The position numbers and the translations under genes are program-made. Source: Acetivibrionales bacterium (GTDB lineage: Bacteria > Bacillota > Clostridia > Acetivibrionales > JBMNNH01). Taken from it: a stretch of 64,000 nt of DNA. Position 1 is the stretch's first letter. Each line of letters begins with the position of its first letter. The stretch lies in contig JBMNNH010000018.1 in assembly GCA_050953835.1 (NCBI GenBank), forward strand, positions 3,030 through 67,029, read 5' to 3'. Of this stretch, positions 44,126 to 53,425 are shown in pieces. A model generated the notes under the pieces. The model was not told the DNA's origin, did not search any database, and saw only the letters and a list, made by a program, of their open reading frames with translations.

Positions 44126-46894
44126 CTATAACGTGTAATACTTGTTTCCTTTATCCTTGTCGTGATAGTACATATCGGAAAGATAAAGGTATTTTTTTGA
44201 CACTCCATCTTCAGGCAGTACTCTCAACACTTCAATAAACGATGCTCTGGCCTTGAAATAGTCACCTTGTTGGAAATACATGACCCCATTATTAAAGCTG
44301 TCCAATGTTTGCTCCTTCCGTTCTCTGATTGAAAACTCATCCCCCTCAAAGCAATCATAAATTTCTATTTCTGCTCCGCTGTCCTTAACAGTTCCAATAT
44401 ATCTCATTTTAAAAACAGAAGGAGGAAGATTCTTAATAATATCTCCGGTTGATAATGTTGAAACATTGGATTGATTTCCATATTCCTCAAGGCGCGCTGA
44501 TGTGTGTAAACATTGTGAAACAGCCGCACTGGAAAGCCGCACCCCATCACCTATGACACCAAGCATAACCCTCCCAAAATGGAGTGTTACGCCAACATTA
44601 ACTTTGGGCAACCCATCGCTCATTCTTTCTATATTCCACGCTGACAGCTTTTCTTGTATCCTTAAGGCAGCATTTATTGAATTCTCTGGGGAGTCAGGGA
44701 AAACAGCAGTAAAACCCGTATCCATAAATCTGTCAATAATCCCGTTAAACCCTTGAACAACAGGTGAAAACCTTTCGAACACCCCATTAATGAATTTAAA
44801 TATTTCTTCAGATTCCATTCCTGATGTAAGCTCGAAAAAAGACCTTACCTTGAAGTTCATAACCGCCATATCTTCTTTTAGATGATCGCCTTTTTTAACA
44901 CTTTCTATGCTTTTAACACCAAGCATATTTATAAATCTTTCTGGAATAAAGCGATAGTATGATTTGTTTAAAAGCGCAAGCTTTCTGGTATAGTTTTGAA
45001 TGAAACTTGCCATATCATTAAACCTGTTTGATAGGTGTTCAATTTCATCACCCGACTTTACATTGACCCTGACATCAAAATGCCCTGCTGAAATCTGCTC
45101 AACACCCTTGTTCAACTTTCTGATAGAAATGAGTGAGGATATTATAGTGCTTAAGATGATTATAAGCATCAAGGCAGCAATAAGCAAAACAACATACGAA
45201 AAAGTCTTTTTAAGTGTGTTATAACGCAGTTCATAATCTTCCATTGACAAACCTGTTTCCATAACAACAAAATCCTGGCTGCCTATAGATAGCGGAGTTG
45301 TCATATACATCCAACTTCCGTAACTGTAGGAATCTATCCCAAAGCCAACCGTTTTATCTTTAAAAGTATTGTTGATGATGCTTTCCCTTTCACTATCAAG
45401 CAGTGTATAATCCAAAGGATAAGAAACCGGTATGTTATCAGATGAAAAGACAAAAACGGTCGAATCATTTTTTCTCTTATAAATATTAAAATACATATCC
45501 TTTGCATAATTGCTAAAACCCTCTAATTCTTTAAGCCCATTTGAATTAACTATGCTTCTTAAATGCTCATAAGGCTCGCTGACAGTGTCCGAAGGGGTAT
45601 CAAAAGAATTGACATCCTGTTTTAAGATTTCATTTGCAAAAATGTAACTTGTATCAGCCAAATGTGACCTATACTCGTCATAGAGCACATTCCTGACAAG
45701 ATTGTCTGAGAATATGGTTGTCATGAACATCATGATAATTAGGACTGCTGATAACAAACCCAGACATTGCTTTAATATAATTGAAATACGCATTTTCATT
45801 ACCTTGCAATAGAAATCCCAGATAAGAAGAGTAACCAGCAGGACTATAGCCGCAATCTCAAAAATTATTATTAACGGCTTGCTGCCGGACTTTTCATGTA
45901 GGTTCTTAATAAGTGAAACATATGAAAAGCCGCCGTTGGCAAGCATATATTCCTCTCCGTTGTTGACCACAGCTGCAAATCTGCCTTCCGGGCTGGCAGT
46001 AATCTTTTTCATGTCAGAAAGGGTAATGCCATATTCGTTGTTTAAGCTCATATTATTGTCAATAATCAATTGGGGACCTTTATCCATGACAGCCTTTAAA
46101 TATTTATCAGAATAGGCATCATAGAAAAATACTCCGCCATCACCTGAATAGCATAAGTCAACCGCAATTGATTGTTCTTCTTGTATGGGGTAAAGCTTTT
46201 CAATCTTTCCGGACACATCCCCTTTATAGAGGCAGCCTTCAATGTCGGTAAATACAATGTTCCCGGCAGGAAGCACTGTTGTTTCCCTTATAGACTGGAA
46301 GCTTCCCAGGTCATATTCATATATCATCGTAACTTGGGATTCATAGGATAAAGGCATTCTGAATACCAATGCCTTTTTACCAAAAACCCAGCCTCCGAAT
46401 ATTCTTTCCTGATCCTCCGAAAGACCTGAAAAAATAAAGCTTCCCTTCTGCTCAACGGGCCCTATTTTTTTCCTCAAAACAAGCCTATTGCTGTACCAGG
46501 CATTATCAAGCTTTGTTATTGCAGCGTAAAATTCCCCTGTATCTTTTGGTACGAATTCGCAATACATAATAAAAAGGTTTTCGTCATTATCAATATAGAG
46601 GTCATGTATCTCAGTATCAAATTCTGGTTTGGATGGATTTACTTTTGTCCTTTTAAGTACCTCTCCATACTTATCTACCTTAATTATTTCCTCATCCTGT
46701 CCATTATCAACCGCCAAATACATTGTACCCTTATCATCAGTTTTCAAAACCTTTATATCTCTAAAATCCGTTATATTGCCCTCCTGTAAAGAAACGAACT
46801 GTTTTTGGATGAAAGGCCATGCAAGAATGCCTAACACTACCAAAATAGAGAAAAAACTGACTATCTTCTTCATACATTTACCCCAATATAACAT
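44126..46894 (-). CDS. Multi-TM receptor: two extracytoplasmic domains, HAMP, class-III cyclase-homology domain (apparently degenerate)
   Basis: HAMP signature SAGHFDVRVNVKSGDEIEHLSNRFNDMA. The CHD region is MAVMNFKVRSF...FMDTGFTAVF...HFGRVMLGVIG...CLHTSARLEE. Alternative start ATG at 46873 (MKKIVSFF). Confidence 0.65.
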   Translation of the reverse strand: MLYWGKCMKKIVSFFSILVVLGILAWPFIQKQFVSLQEGNITDFRDIKVLKTDDKGTMYLAVDNGQDEEIIKVDKYGEVLKRTKVNPSKPEFDTEIHDLYIDNDENLFIMYCEFVPKDTGEFYAAITKLDNAWYSNRLVLRKKIGPVEQKGSFIFSGLSEDQERIFGGWVFGKKALVFRMPLSYESQVTMIYEYDLGSFQSIRETTVLPAGNIVFTDIEGCLYKGDVSGKIEKLYPIQEEQSIAVDLCYSGDGGVFFYDAYSDKYLKAVMDKGPQLIIDNNMSLNNEYGITLSDMKKITASPEGRFAAVVNNGEEYMLANGGFSYVSLIKNLHEKSGSKPLIIIFEIAAIVLLVTLLIWDFYCKVMKMRISIILKQCLGLLSAVLIIMMFMTTIFSDNLVRNVLYDEYRSHLADTSYIFANEILKQDVNSFDTPSDTVSEPYEHLRSIVNSNGLKELEGFSNYAKDMYFNIYKRKNDSTVFVFSSDNIPVSYPLDYTLLDSERESIINNTFKDKTVGFGIDSYSYGSWMYMTTPLSIGSQDFVVMETGLSMEDYELRYNTLKKTFSYVVLLIAALMLIIILSTIISSLISIRKLNKGVEQISAGHFDVRVNVKSGDEIEHLSNRFNDMASFIQNYTRKLALLNKSYYRFIPERFINMLGVKSIESVKKGDHLKEDMAVMNFKVRSFFELTSGMESEEIFKFINGVFERFSPVVQGFNGIIDRFMDTGFTAVFPDSPENSINAALRIQEKLSAWNIERMSDGLPKVNVGVTLHFGRVMLGVIGDGVRLSSAAVSQCLHTSARLEEYGNQSNVSTLSTGDIIKNLPPSVFKMRYIGTVKDSGAEIEIYDCFEGDEFSIRERKEQTLDSFNNGVMYFQQGDYFKARASFIEVLRVLPEDGVSKKYLYLSDMYYHDKDKGNKYYTL

Positions 46895-46943
46895 ATATTT
46901 AATTTTTTTTGTATTATTTTAACATTATAATACCATATTAGTG

Positions 46944-46975
46944 TCCAAAAGACAAAATTTATTTTGTCTTTTGGA
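46944..46975. promoter_or_regulatory. 32-bp near-perfect palindrome in the divergent promoter region (candidate operator)
   Basis: TCCAAAAGACAAAAT-TT-ATTTTGTCTTTTGGA has 15/15 complementary arms. It lies 7 nt upstream of the plus-strand -35 and over the expected -35 of the minus-strand promoter (minus-strand TATAAT at 46929-46924). Confidence 0.5.
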
Positions 46976-46981
46976 ATATTA

Positions 46982-47010
46982 TTGAGAAAAAATAGTATTT
47001 AATGTATTAT
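46982..47010 (+). promoter_or_regulatory. SigmaA-type promoter for the pseudokinase-LysM gene
   Basis: TTGAGA (46982-46987), 17-nt spacer, TATTAT (47005-47010). AGGAGG RBS before ATG 47060. Confidence 0.45.
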
Positions 47011-47059
47011 ATTATATAAGTATCGGAAAAGGGAAGATTTTGTTAGTCAGGAGGTCTTC

Positions 47060-48211
47060 ATGGATAAGAAAATTATTGGTAATAAGTACCAGGTGCTAAG
47101 AGTGCTTTTTGATAATGAGAATTACTATGCTGCAATATGCCGTGATATTTCAACACCTGATGAAAAGCATAGTGTCATATTGAATGTATACCGAAGCAAA
47201 CCATCAATTTTGAAGGCTGCCCCTGTTTTTACGAAAGTTAACAGCGATATATGCCATGACTTTAAGGAATTCTTTGTTGAATCTCCGTATGTAATTTCAG
47301 TTTTTAAACATTATGATTATACTTCCCTTGAATGTTTTTTATCAGAGAATGACATTTCTCTCACCGAACGCCTTGCACTTTGCTCTTCATTCCTGCTTGA
47401 AGCAATACGTAATGATAATATACCACTGTTGTTAAAGTTGGATATCCTGCAAGCTAAGCATATAGTAGTTGACAGCGAAAGGAAAATTCATATTAATTTT
47501 TTTGCAAAGCTGGATAATAATGATGAACCGGAAATAATCGAAAAAAAAGTGATAAAAAACATATCTTCTATTATAGAATTAATACTTGGTAACAGGAAGA
47601 AACTACCTGAGGAGCTTTTGAATTTTCTTTCGGAACTTGAATCAGATAAATACAACATGATAAGCAGCATATTCTCTGAGTTTAATACTGTTTCTGAAGC
47701 TATTATAGCTAAGACAGAGGATAGCAGCGACCAAAATCTACAGAAGAGAGCCCGGACTGCACTGGGAAAGGCAGTTAAAAAACAAGTAAAAAAGCCAGCT
47801 GCAATAATTGTTTTAAGGGTTGTAGTTATTGTTCTTTTAGCAGGTATTATAATAGCGGGTGGTTATTATGCATACAAACATATCTTCACAGGCAAACCCG
47901 TGGCATCTTTTTCTGAAGAAATCAGTGAAACCAATGTTATTGATAATGCAATGCAGGTCAAGCTCTCGCCTAAGACTCCTGCAGTAAGCGAATCTGTGCC
48001 TGAACCTAGCCCTGTGACAGTAGAGCCTGAGAAAAACAATGAAGTTGTGCATATAGTAAAAATTGATGATAACCTTTTTGATATAGCGGAAGCATATTAT
48101 GGAAATGGTGATCTATATACATTGATTAAAGAAAGAAATAAACTTGAATCAAATATTATTTACGTAGGCATGGAATTGATCATACCTGCCTACAACCAAA
48201 TGGAACAGTAA
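47060..48211 (+). CDS. Bitopic protein: degenerate protein-kinase-like N-domain, TM, C-terminal LysM domain
   Basis: The N-terminus has a kinase-like layout, but the VAIK Lys, HRD and DFG equivalents read VILNV, LDILQAKHIVV and NFF. TM segment AAIIVLRVVVIVLLAGIIIAGGYYAY. LysM is HIVKIDDNLFDIAEAYYGNGDLYTLIKERNKLESNIIYVGMELIIP. Confidence 0.5.
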   Translation: MDKKIIGNKYQVLRVLFDNENYYAAICRDISTPDEKHSVILNVYRSKPSILKAAPVFTKVNSDICHDFKEFFVESPYVISVFKHYDYTSLECFLSENDISLTERLALCSSFLLEAIRNDNIPLLLKLDILQAKHIVVDSERKIHINFFAKLDNNDEPEIIEKKVIKNISSIIELILGNRKKLPEELLNFLSELESDKYNMISSIFSEFNTVSEAIIAKTEDSSDQNLQKRARTALGKAVKKQVKKPAAIIVLRVVVIVLLAGIIIAGGYYAYKHIFTGKPVASFSEEISETNVIDNAMQVKLSPKTPAVSESVPEPSPVTVEPEKNNEVVHIVKIDDNLFDIAEAYYGNGDLYTLIKERNKLESNIIYVGMELIIPAYNQMEQ

Positions 48212-48216
48212 AATTA

Positions 48217-48245
48217 GCGGGCCCGTGGGCCCGCCATTTTTCTTT
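48217..48245. terminator. GC-rich hairpin terminator between convergent genes
   Basis: GCGGGCCCGTGGGCCCGC (48217-48234) followed by CATTTTTCTTTATT. An A/T-rich tract on the other side allows bidirectional function. Confidence 0.75.
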
Positions 48246-48253
48246 ATTGTGTA

Positions 48254-50059
48254 TTATTCATTTACAACTACATATGCACTTACGCTCACTTCCGGATTCT
48301 CTTCTGAACGTGCGATAATCTCATATGTACCCCTTACGCTTGCTGCCTTATATATTCCGTTTTCGTCAATGCTGCCGCCATCTTCGTCCTTGAGAATCCA
48401 TTTTACTTTTTTATTGGCAGTTCCCTGTACAAATGCTTTAAACCTTATTTCTTCTCTTGGTTTAACCGATACCACATCGGGTTCAACTCTAAGTGTTATT
48501 TCTTTTTTGTCCGGATATTCCTCCGAATCCTTTTGAGGTTTAAATGCGAACCACCTTAAGGATATTGAAGTAATGTCCTCACCGTCTAAAAACTTCAAGC
48601 CGATTTTAAAAGTACCTTTTTCAGGATAAACGATAACTGCAGCATCAACTTTGTGAAGGGGTGTTCCAATATCACTTTTTTTAAACACATCCCCGTTGCC
48701 AAACAGCATTGCACCATTCTCCTTGTGAACAATACAGACATTTACGCAGACATTTCCCAAGCCAAGTTCATGTGATATCTCTTCAGACACATACCTGCCA
48801 TTTAATTTTGCTCCTGCTCCAAGGTTTATTTCTACCGTACCCGTTGAAGTTGCATAATCATATGCCTGTGCAGCAGGTATTCCTACATTGAAATCAAAGC
48901 TGTTAGTCTCTGCATTGTATTTTACATCGGCTTCCGGCTTTTCCCAAGCATTCAGGCGTTTTGTAACTATATTCGTATCAAAGCGGATATCACCTCCAGA
49001 CATCAGATTAGCCAACCCGCCCGAATTGCCTAACTGACTTGATGGAAGGTACTGTTTAAAGGGCACCTGAATAATATTCCGTATAATGTACGTTGTATTT
49101 GTGGACATCAAATCTATCCTGGCCAGGCATATCCCCAATTCTTCACCCGTACATGAAGCCTCCAGCGTCCTGGAATAATAATCCCTTTTTATTATTTTCC
49201 CAGGGTCATCTTCTGATATTTCGATCAATGCCTTTAGGGACAGCTCCTTGTTTTCATGTTCTGCTCCTATATATACATCAAAATTCACACTACTGCTGAA
49301 TAGTGCAGCCTTTATTCCATTAACCTGCTCTGCCTTTATAATATACTTAGCTTCATATTCAGCTTTCTGCTCATCAGGGTTTTCTGTAAAACTAAATACA
49401 AGTTCACTGCTTCCCTCTTTTGTCCTGAAATACTCGGAAACTGAAGAAAACTCAAACTTTACCGGTTCCATATCCTGGTGCTTTAAAACAATAAATGATA
49501 TTCTTGCTTCCTGTCCCGACCTCACCGCTACTGGAGTTTTTAATAGAATGGTTAAACCTTTCCTGTCATAAAGGAGTCTATAAGTAAAACATGGGTCGGC
49601 GTTAAGTATATCTTCCAGAGATGGTTCTTCAGATTTTAGGTATAAATTATATGTCTCTTCAATCCTGTTAAACTGACTGCCGCCTTCTTCATTATCGCCG
49701 GTAACAGTATTAACAGGCTCCTTCAGGTTTTCTTCATACTCTATATAGAGGTAGCAGTGGTTGCTCCCCTCAAGAGAATCAAAGCCATCAATCGTAGACA
49801 GTTTTCGCGTAATTGGAGCCGGTAGAACTATTTCCCTTCCAAGGTAATCAACTGCCATGCCCGACTCTACTGAAACTGTATTGTCGTCCGTTGCTACTAC
49901 TCCCATACCGCATACTATTCCCGCACCATGCAACAGTCTGTTCACGAATCTTCTCTTGTCGTTAAAGTACTTTTGTTCTGTTTCAAAGTCCCTTACAGTC
50001 AGAAGTTTTCCATAGAAAAACCTGTTTCTTTCAAAAGGATAATAACTTCTATTTTTCAT
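48254..50059 (-). CDS. CIS distal protein, candidate tail fibre/receptor-binding protein with C-terminal Big_2-like Ig domain
   Basis: Last gene of the core operon. The N-terminus is YYPFERNRFFYGKLLTVRDFETEQKYFNDKRRFVNRLLHGAGIVCGMGV. The C-terminus is VSVKPREEIRFKAFVQGTANKKVKWILKDEDGGSIDENGIYKAASVRGTYEIIA (Big_2-like). Confidence 0.45.
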   Translation of the reverse strand: MKNRSYYPFERNRFFYGKLLTVRDFETEQKYFNDKRRFVNRLLHGAGIVCGMGVVATDDNTVSVESGMAVDYLGREIVLPAPITRKLSTIDGFDSLEGSNHCYLYIEYEENLKEPVNTVTGDNEEGGSQFNRIEETYNLYLKSEEPSLEDILNADPCFTYRLLYDRKGLTILLKTPVAVRSGQEARISFIVLKHQDMEPVKFEFSSVSEYFRTKEGSSELVFSFTENPDEQKAEYEAKYIIKAEQVNGIKAALFSSSVNFDVYIGAEHENKELSLKALIEISEDDPGKIIKRDYYSRTLEASCTGEELGICLARIDLMSTNTTYIIRNIIQVPFKQYLPSSQLGNSGGLANLMSGGDIRFDTNIVTKRLNAWEKPEADVKYNAETNSFDFNVGIPAAQAYDYATSTGTVEINLGAGAKLNGRYVSEEISHELGLGNVCVNVCIVHKENGAMLFGNGDVFKKSDIGTPLHKVDAAVIVYPEKGTFKIGLKFLDGEDITSISLRWFAFKPQKDSEEYPDKKEITLRVEPDVVSVKPREEIRFKAFVQGTANKKVKWILKDEDGGSIDENGIYKAASVRGTYEIIARSEENPEVSVSAYVVVNE

Positions 50060-50067
50060 AGCCCCCC

Positions 50068-51246
50068 TTAACCCTCCTTGTTTGTATAATCATATATTAT
50101 TGTATCAAATGGTATGCTTTTGTTTTTCTCAAGTTTTAGAGCCGTTTGTTCTCCTATGCAGGAGTTTATCCCTAAATAGGCATGCATGTCAAGATATATG
50201 TATGGCTTAAGAGGTATGATTACCGCTTCCGTTTGAGCAGGTATGTTTTCCGACACTAGTCTCAGAAGTGCTTCATGCCTCTTCTTATCTGATATGCATT
50301 CCTCATTTATCAATACAAAGAAACGATATGGGTTCTCCCCAAACATTTTCTTGTAAGGATTATCAGGCATACTGGACTCTATCATTGGCCTAACCTGTGA
50401 ATACTCGATAATGATCGGCTTCTCACCTGTATATAAATAAATCAGCCTTTCAATGCCTTTTTTTGTTCCTGCTGATGCATATATATCCACTGCTTCAGCA
50501 AGTAAAACCCTTAGTTGCTTTTCATCCCAGGATGAAACATCATAGATATCCAACCAGCTGCAAAGCCATTCAATGAAATCGCTCCGGGCTGTTTGCAGGT
50601 CAAAATGCCTTGATATGTTATATATTTCATTTTCCATATCAAAAATAAATGACTGGAAAATGGACAAAAACCTGTAGAAAAAATCGTCCTTGGCAATATT
50701 CTGTCTGTATATTTCAGGAAGGTAGTCAATAATATCTTCCCCCGGCAGGTATATACGTATCCTCTTTAAAGCCGGTTTCAAATAGTATGTCCCTATTAAT
50801 TCAATTTTAAGCCACAGGTAACGGCCTTTTGATTTTATCAATGCATCTGGAGCGTTGATAACTGTCTCTTTAAACAGGTAATCCAGATACTCCTGTTTCT
50901 CCTTAAAAGAAAGAGAAGCCGATTTTATTACATTATCAATCTTTTCTTCATCTTGCCCTATTAATATAGTGCTGCTGTCCGAAGCATAGAAAGATACTTT
51001 TATAAAAGTATCCCTTAATATTTCTGCGTCCATAGTAATTCTGCGCCATTGCATTCCGTTTTCCCTTCCATCCAATGCACAGCAGTACAAAACACCCCTT
51101 GTTATTGACTCTTCATCTGCTTTTTCAGGCACACGTATTTTAAGGCATTCGTTATCAGCTGTAAGGTTATACAAATACCCGTTCTCCCAGTCATCACTTT
51201 TATTCATTGAGAAGTATTTAACTGTACCTTCAATCATAAATTGCAC
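50068..51246 (-). CDS. Baseplate protein, P2 gpI-like phage-tail-protein domain
   Basis: IDYLPEIYRQNIAKDDFFYRFLSIFQSFIFDMENEIYNISRHFDLQTARSDFIEWLCSWLDI matches the conserved LP-x-x-Y...FL...LD...A...FL-x-WL motif of gpI-type baseplate proteins. Confidence 0.7.
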   Translation of the reverse strand: MQFMIEGTVKYFSMNKSDDWENGYLYNLTADNECLKIRVPEKADEESITRGVLYCCALDGRENGMQWRRITMDAEILRDTFIKVSFYASDSSTILIGQDEEKIDNVIKSASLSFKEKQEYLDYLFKETVINAPDALIKSKGRYLWLKIELIGTYYLKPALKRIRIYLPGEDIIDYLPEIYRQNIAKDDFFYRFLSIFQSFIFDMENEIYNISRHFDLQTARSDFIEWLCSWLDIYDVSSWDEKQLRVLLAEAVDIYASAGTKKGIERLIYLYTGEKPIIIEYSQVRPMIESSMPDNPYKKMFGENPYRFFVLINEECISDKKRHEALLRLVSENIPAQTEAVIIPLKPYIYLDMHAYLGINSCIGEQTALKLEKNKSIPFDTIIYDYTNKEG

Positions 51247-51267
51247 CTCTATTCAAATATGTTGTGT

Positions 51268-53421
51268 TTAGCTGTCCTTAAAATTAATTTCATGCCTGCC
51301 TGGGTAAACCATTGCGTTAAAGGGAACATAAATATCTCCGCCCTTTGATTTCTTCCATCCGCTTCCTCTGGCAGACAGAGACACCCTCTTAACATAGCTG
51401 ACACAATCAAGTGAATTTATAAGGCTGATAATATCACTTTCAAAAACAGGATCTCCAATGTTTCTATTACACGCATCAAATAAACTTCCGTCAGGGGAAA
51501 GGTATGAATCAATCGTTTTCACTATTTCCTTTTCCGGGTTCTCAATTGAGAATGAAGGAACAACCTCTGCATAAATACTTATTTCAATATATTGAGGCTC
51601 AATAATTTCAATAGTAGACCCAATAAGCCTGAATTGTTCCATATGTCTTTTCACAGCCTGAATATATTGTTTATTAGGTTTTGGCCTCTTTTTTATACTG
51701 TAAGGCATTACTACAATTCTTACATTCGACTGTTCAATATCATCTGAAGGAACCGCTTTTACTTTTGCAACCCTTAGCCCGGGAGTTGTTTTTGCAAGAA
51801 ATTCATAATCAGATAGAGTCACAGCTCTTTGAGGAGTCCTCAGTTTCTGCTTAAGCCTGGATAAAGCCATATCTACTGTTTCATCATCCGAACCTCCGGT
51901 GCAGTCACTTATATTATAGCAGATAATATTCCCGGCATCCTCCCCAGCTATTTTTTCCAGATCAGGCATGCTGTCAATTTCTCCCTTGTTTATATTGCCG
52001 TTGGTTCCCTGTGATGTCCGGCATGAAATAATTAAAACATTCTCAAATCCTGCAGGTGGTATCAACCCATTTTCATTATCACCAAAAACTATCTCATTGG
52101 AGCTATTGTCAATGGTAAAACATCTGCTCTTTGAATGAGCCACATCAAGTTCGTCGGTATATTCCCAATCCTTCCAGATTACTTCACCTTTGGAATCAGT
52201 CTCAGAAACCTGTATAAGAATATCCTCCTTAAGAATACCGTTAAAGTCCCTGATTGAAAACCTTTGATGGGGAAGTTGGTTCGATGAACCAATTATTCTT
52301 GATGTCTCAAATGCTGGTTCATAACATATAATTCTTAATTTATTGAAAGTACCATCATTGTTCACAGAAACAATGCATTGCGCATTCTTATAGTCTTTAT
52401 TCACTGAAACCATGCTGTTTTCCGGATCAATATACCTCCATGTGCCGTCCTCTTGCCCAATCTGTATATCCATTTTCCCATATAGTGAAAGATAGGTCTG
52501 AAGACGAAAACAGTTTTGTCCTCCATTAAATTTAAACTCATGCATTTCACTTAAGGTATGTGCCTGTTCGGCAAAAACAAAATTGTTATATATTTTAAAT
52601 ATTTTGGGACTTTCTTCACATCCAGGCTGTTCAAGAACTGCACGTATCCAATACATGTCCACATCGCAGGCTTCAATCTTAGCCTTATCATTCTTACAAT
52701 TAAATTCAAGTTCAATAAAGCCATCATGCAAAAATCCGCTTGTCGCATCAATTACACTGTCAGCCTTAATCCAGTCCCCATCGGAAAAAGTTTCCCATTC
52801 AATCCTGTTAAGTCTTATGCTGCTTCCGTCTTCAACAGGATTCCTTTTAACAGGGTACTGGTCGAATAAATCAATCCAAAACCTGATTTTCTTTTTCGGA
52901 TCAACAGGTTTTTCAAATCCTATATACAATATACTACCGGCTTTCTGTTGCTCACCGAAAGCGTAGAAGGAAATCTCATGTTCATCATTTGTATTACTAA
53001 CATCGGTATAGACTTGACCGTCATACACTACTACCTTTTTTACCGGGCATGTGTCCAGCAAAACCCTGTCAGTGGTTTCATAAATAATATCTCCGGAAGA
53101 AAACCTGAACCTTTCAGGCAGGAAATATTCACGGCTGTTGTTTTCCAGAATAATTTTCGCTTTGGAAGGCGTAGTATGTTTCAGTTTTATACCTAAAAGC
53201 TTTAAAAACTTCTGTTTGTTTTTATCCGTTATCCGGTCAAGGTGATACTGCTGCATTTCCTTAAGCCATGCAAGCAATTCAATAAGTGTAATTCCGGGAT
53301 CATGGACATTAAAATCTGTCCACTCTGGCAATAGCTTAGGAATCTTTTTTCGGGCTGCATTTACTATGTCTTTATACAACTGGTCATCCAATTTTGGTAG
53401 ATTAATCATAAAACCACCCAT
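51268..53421 (-). CDS. Baseplate wedge protein (putative-baseplate-assembly / gpJ-related)
   Basis: The N-terminal LPEWTDFNVHDPGITLIELLAWLKEMQQYHLDRI is the signature opening of CIS/phage baseplate J-related proteins. Alternative start at 53409. Confidence 0.7.
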   Translation of the reverse strand: MGGFMINLPKLDDQLYKDIVNAARKKIPKLLPEWTDFNVHDPGITLIELLAWLKEMQQYHLDRITDKNKQKFLKLLGIKLKHTTPSKAKIILENNSREYFLPERFRFSSGDIIYETTDRVLLDTCPVKKVVVYDGQVYTDVSNTNDEHEISFYAFGEQQKAGSILYIGFEKPVDPKKKIRFWIDLFDQYPVKRNPVEDGSSIRLNRIEWETFSDGDWIKADSVIDATSGFLHDGFIELEFNCKNDKAKIEACDVDMYWIRAVLEQPGCEESPKIFKIYNNFVFAEQAHTLSEMHEFKFNGGQNCFRLQTYLSLYGKMDIQIGQEDGTWRYIDPENSMVSVNKDYKNAQCIVSVNNDGTFNKLRIICYEPAFETSRIIGSSNQLPHQRFSIRDFNGILKEDILIQVSETDSKGEVIWKDWEYTDELDVAHSKSRCFTIDNSSNEIVFGDNENGLIPPAGFENVLIISCRTSQGTNGNINKGEIDSMPDLEKIAGEDAGNIICYNISDCTGGSDDETVDMALSRLKQKLRTPQRAVTLSDYEFLAKTTPGLRVAKVKAVPSDDIEQSNVRIVVMPYSIKKRPKPNKQYIQAVKRHMEQFRLIGSTIEIIEPQYIEISIYAEVVPSFSIENPEKEIVKTIDSYLSPDGSLFDACNRNIGDPVFESDIISLINSLDCVSYVKRVSLSARGSGWKKSKGGDIYVPFNAMVYPGRHEINFKDS

Positions 53422-53425
53422 CCGT

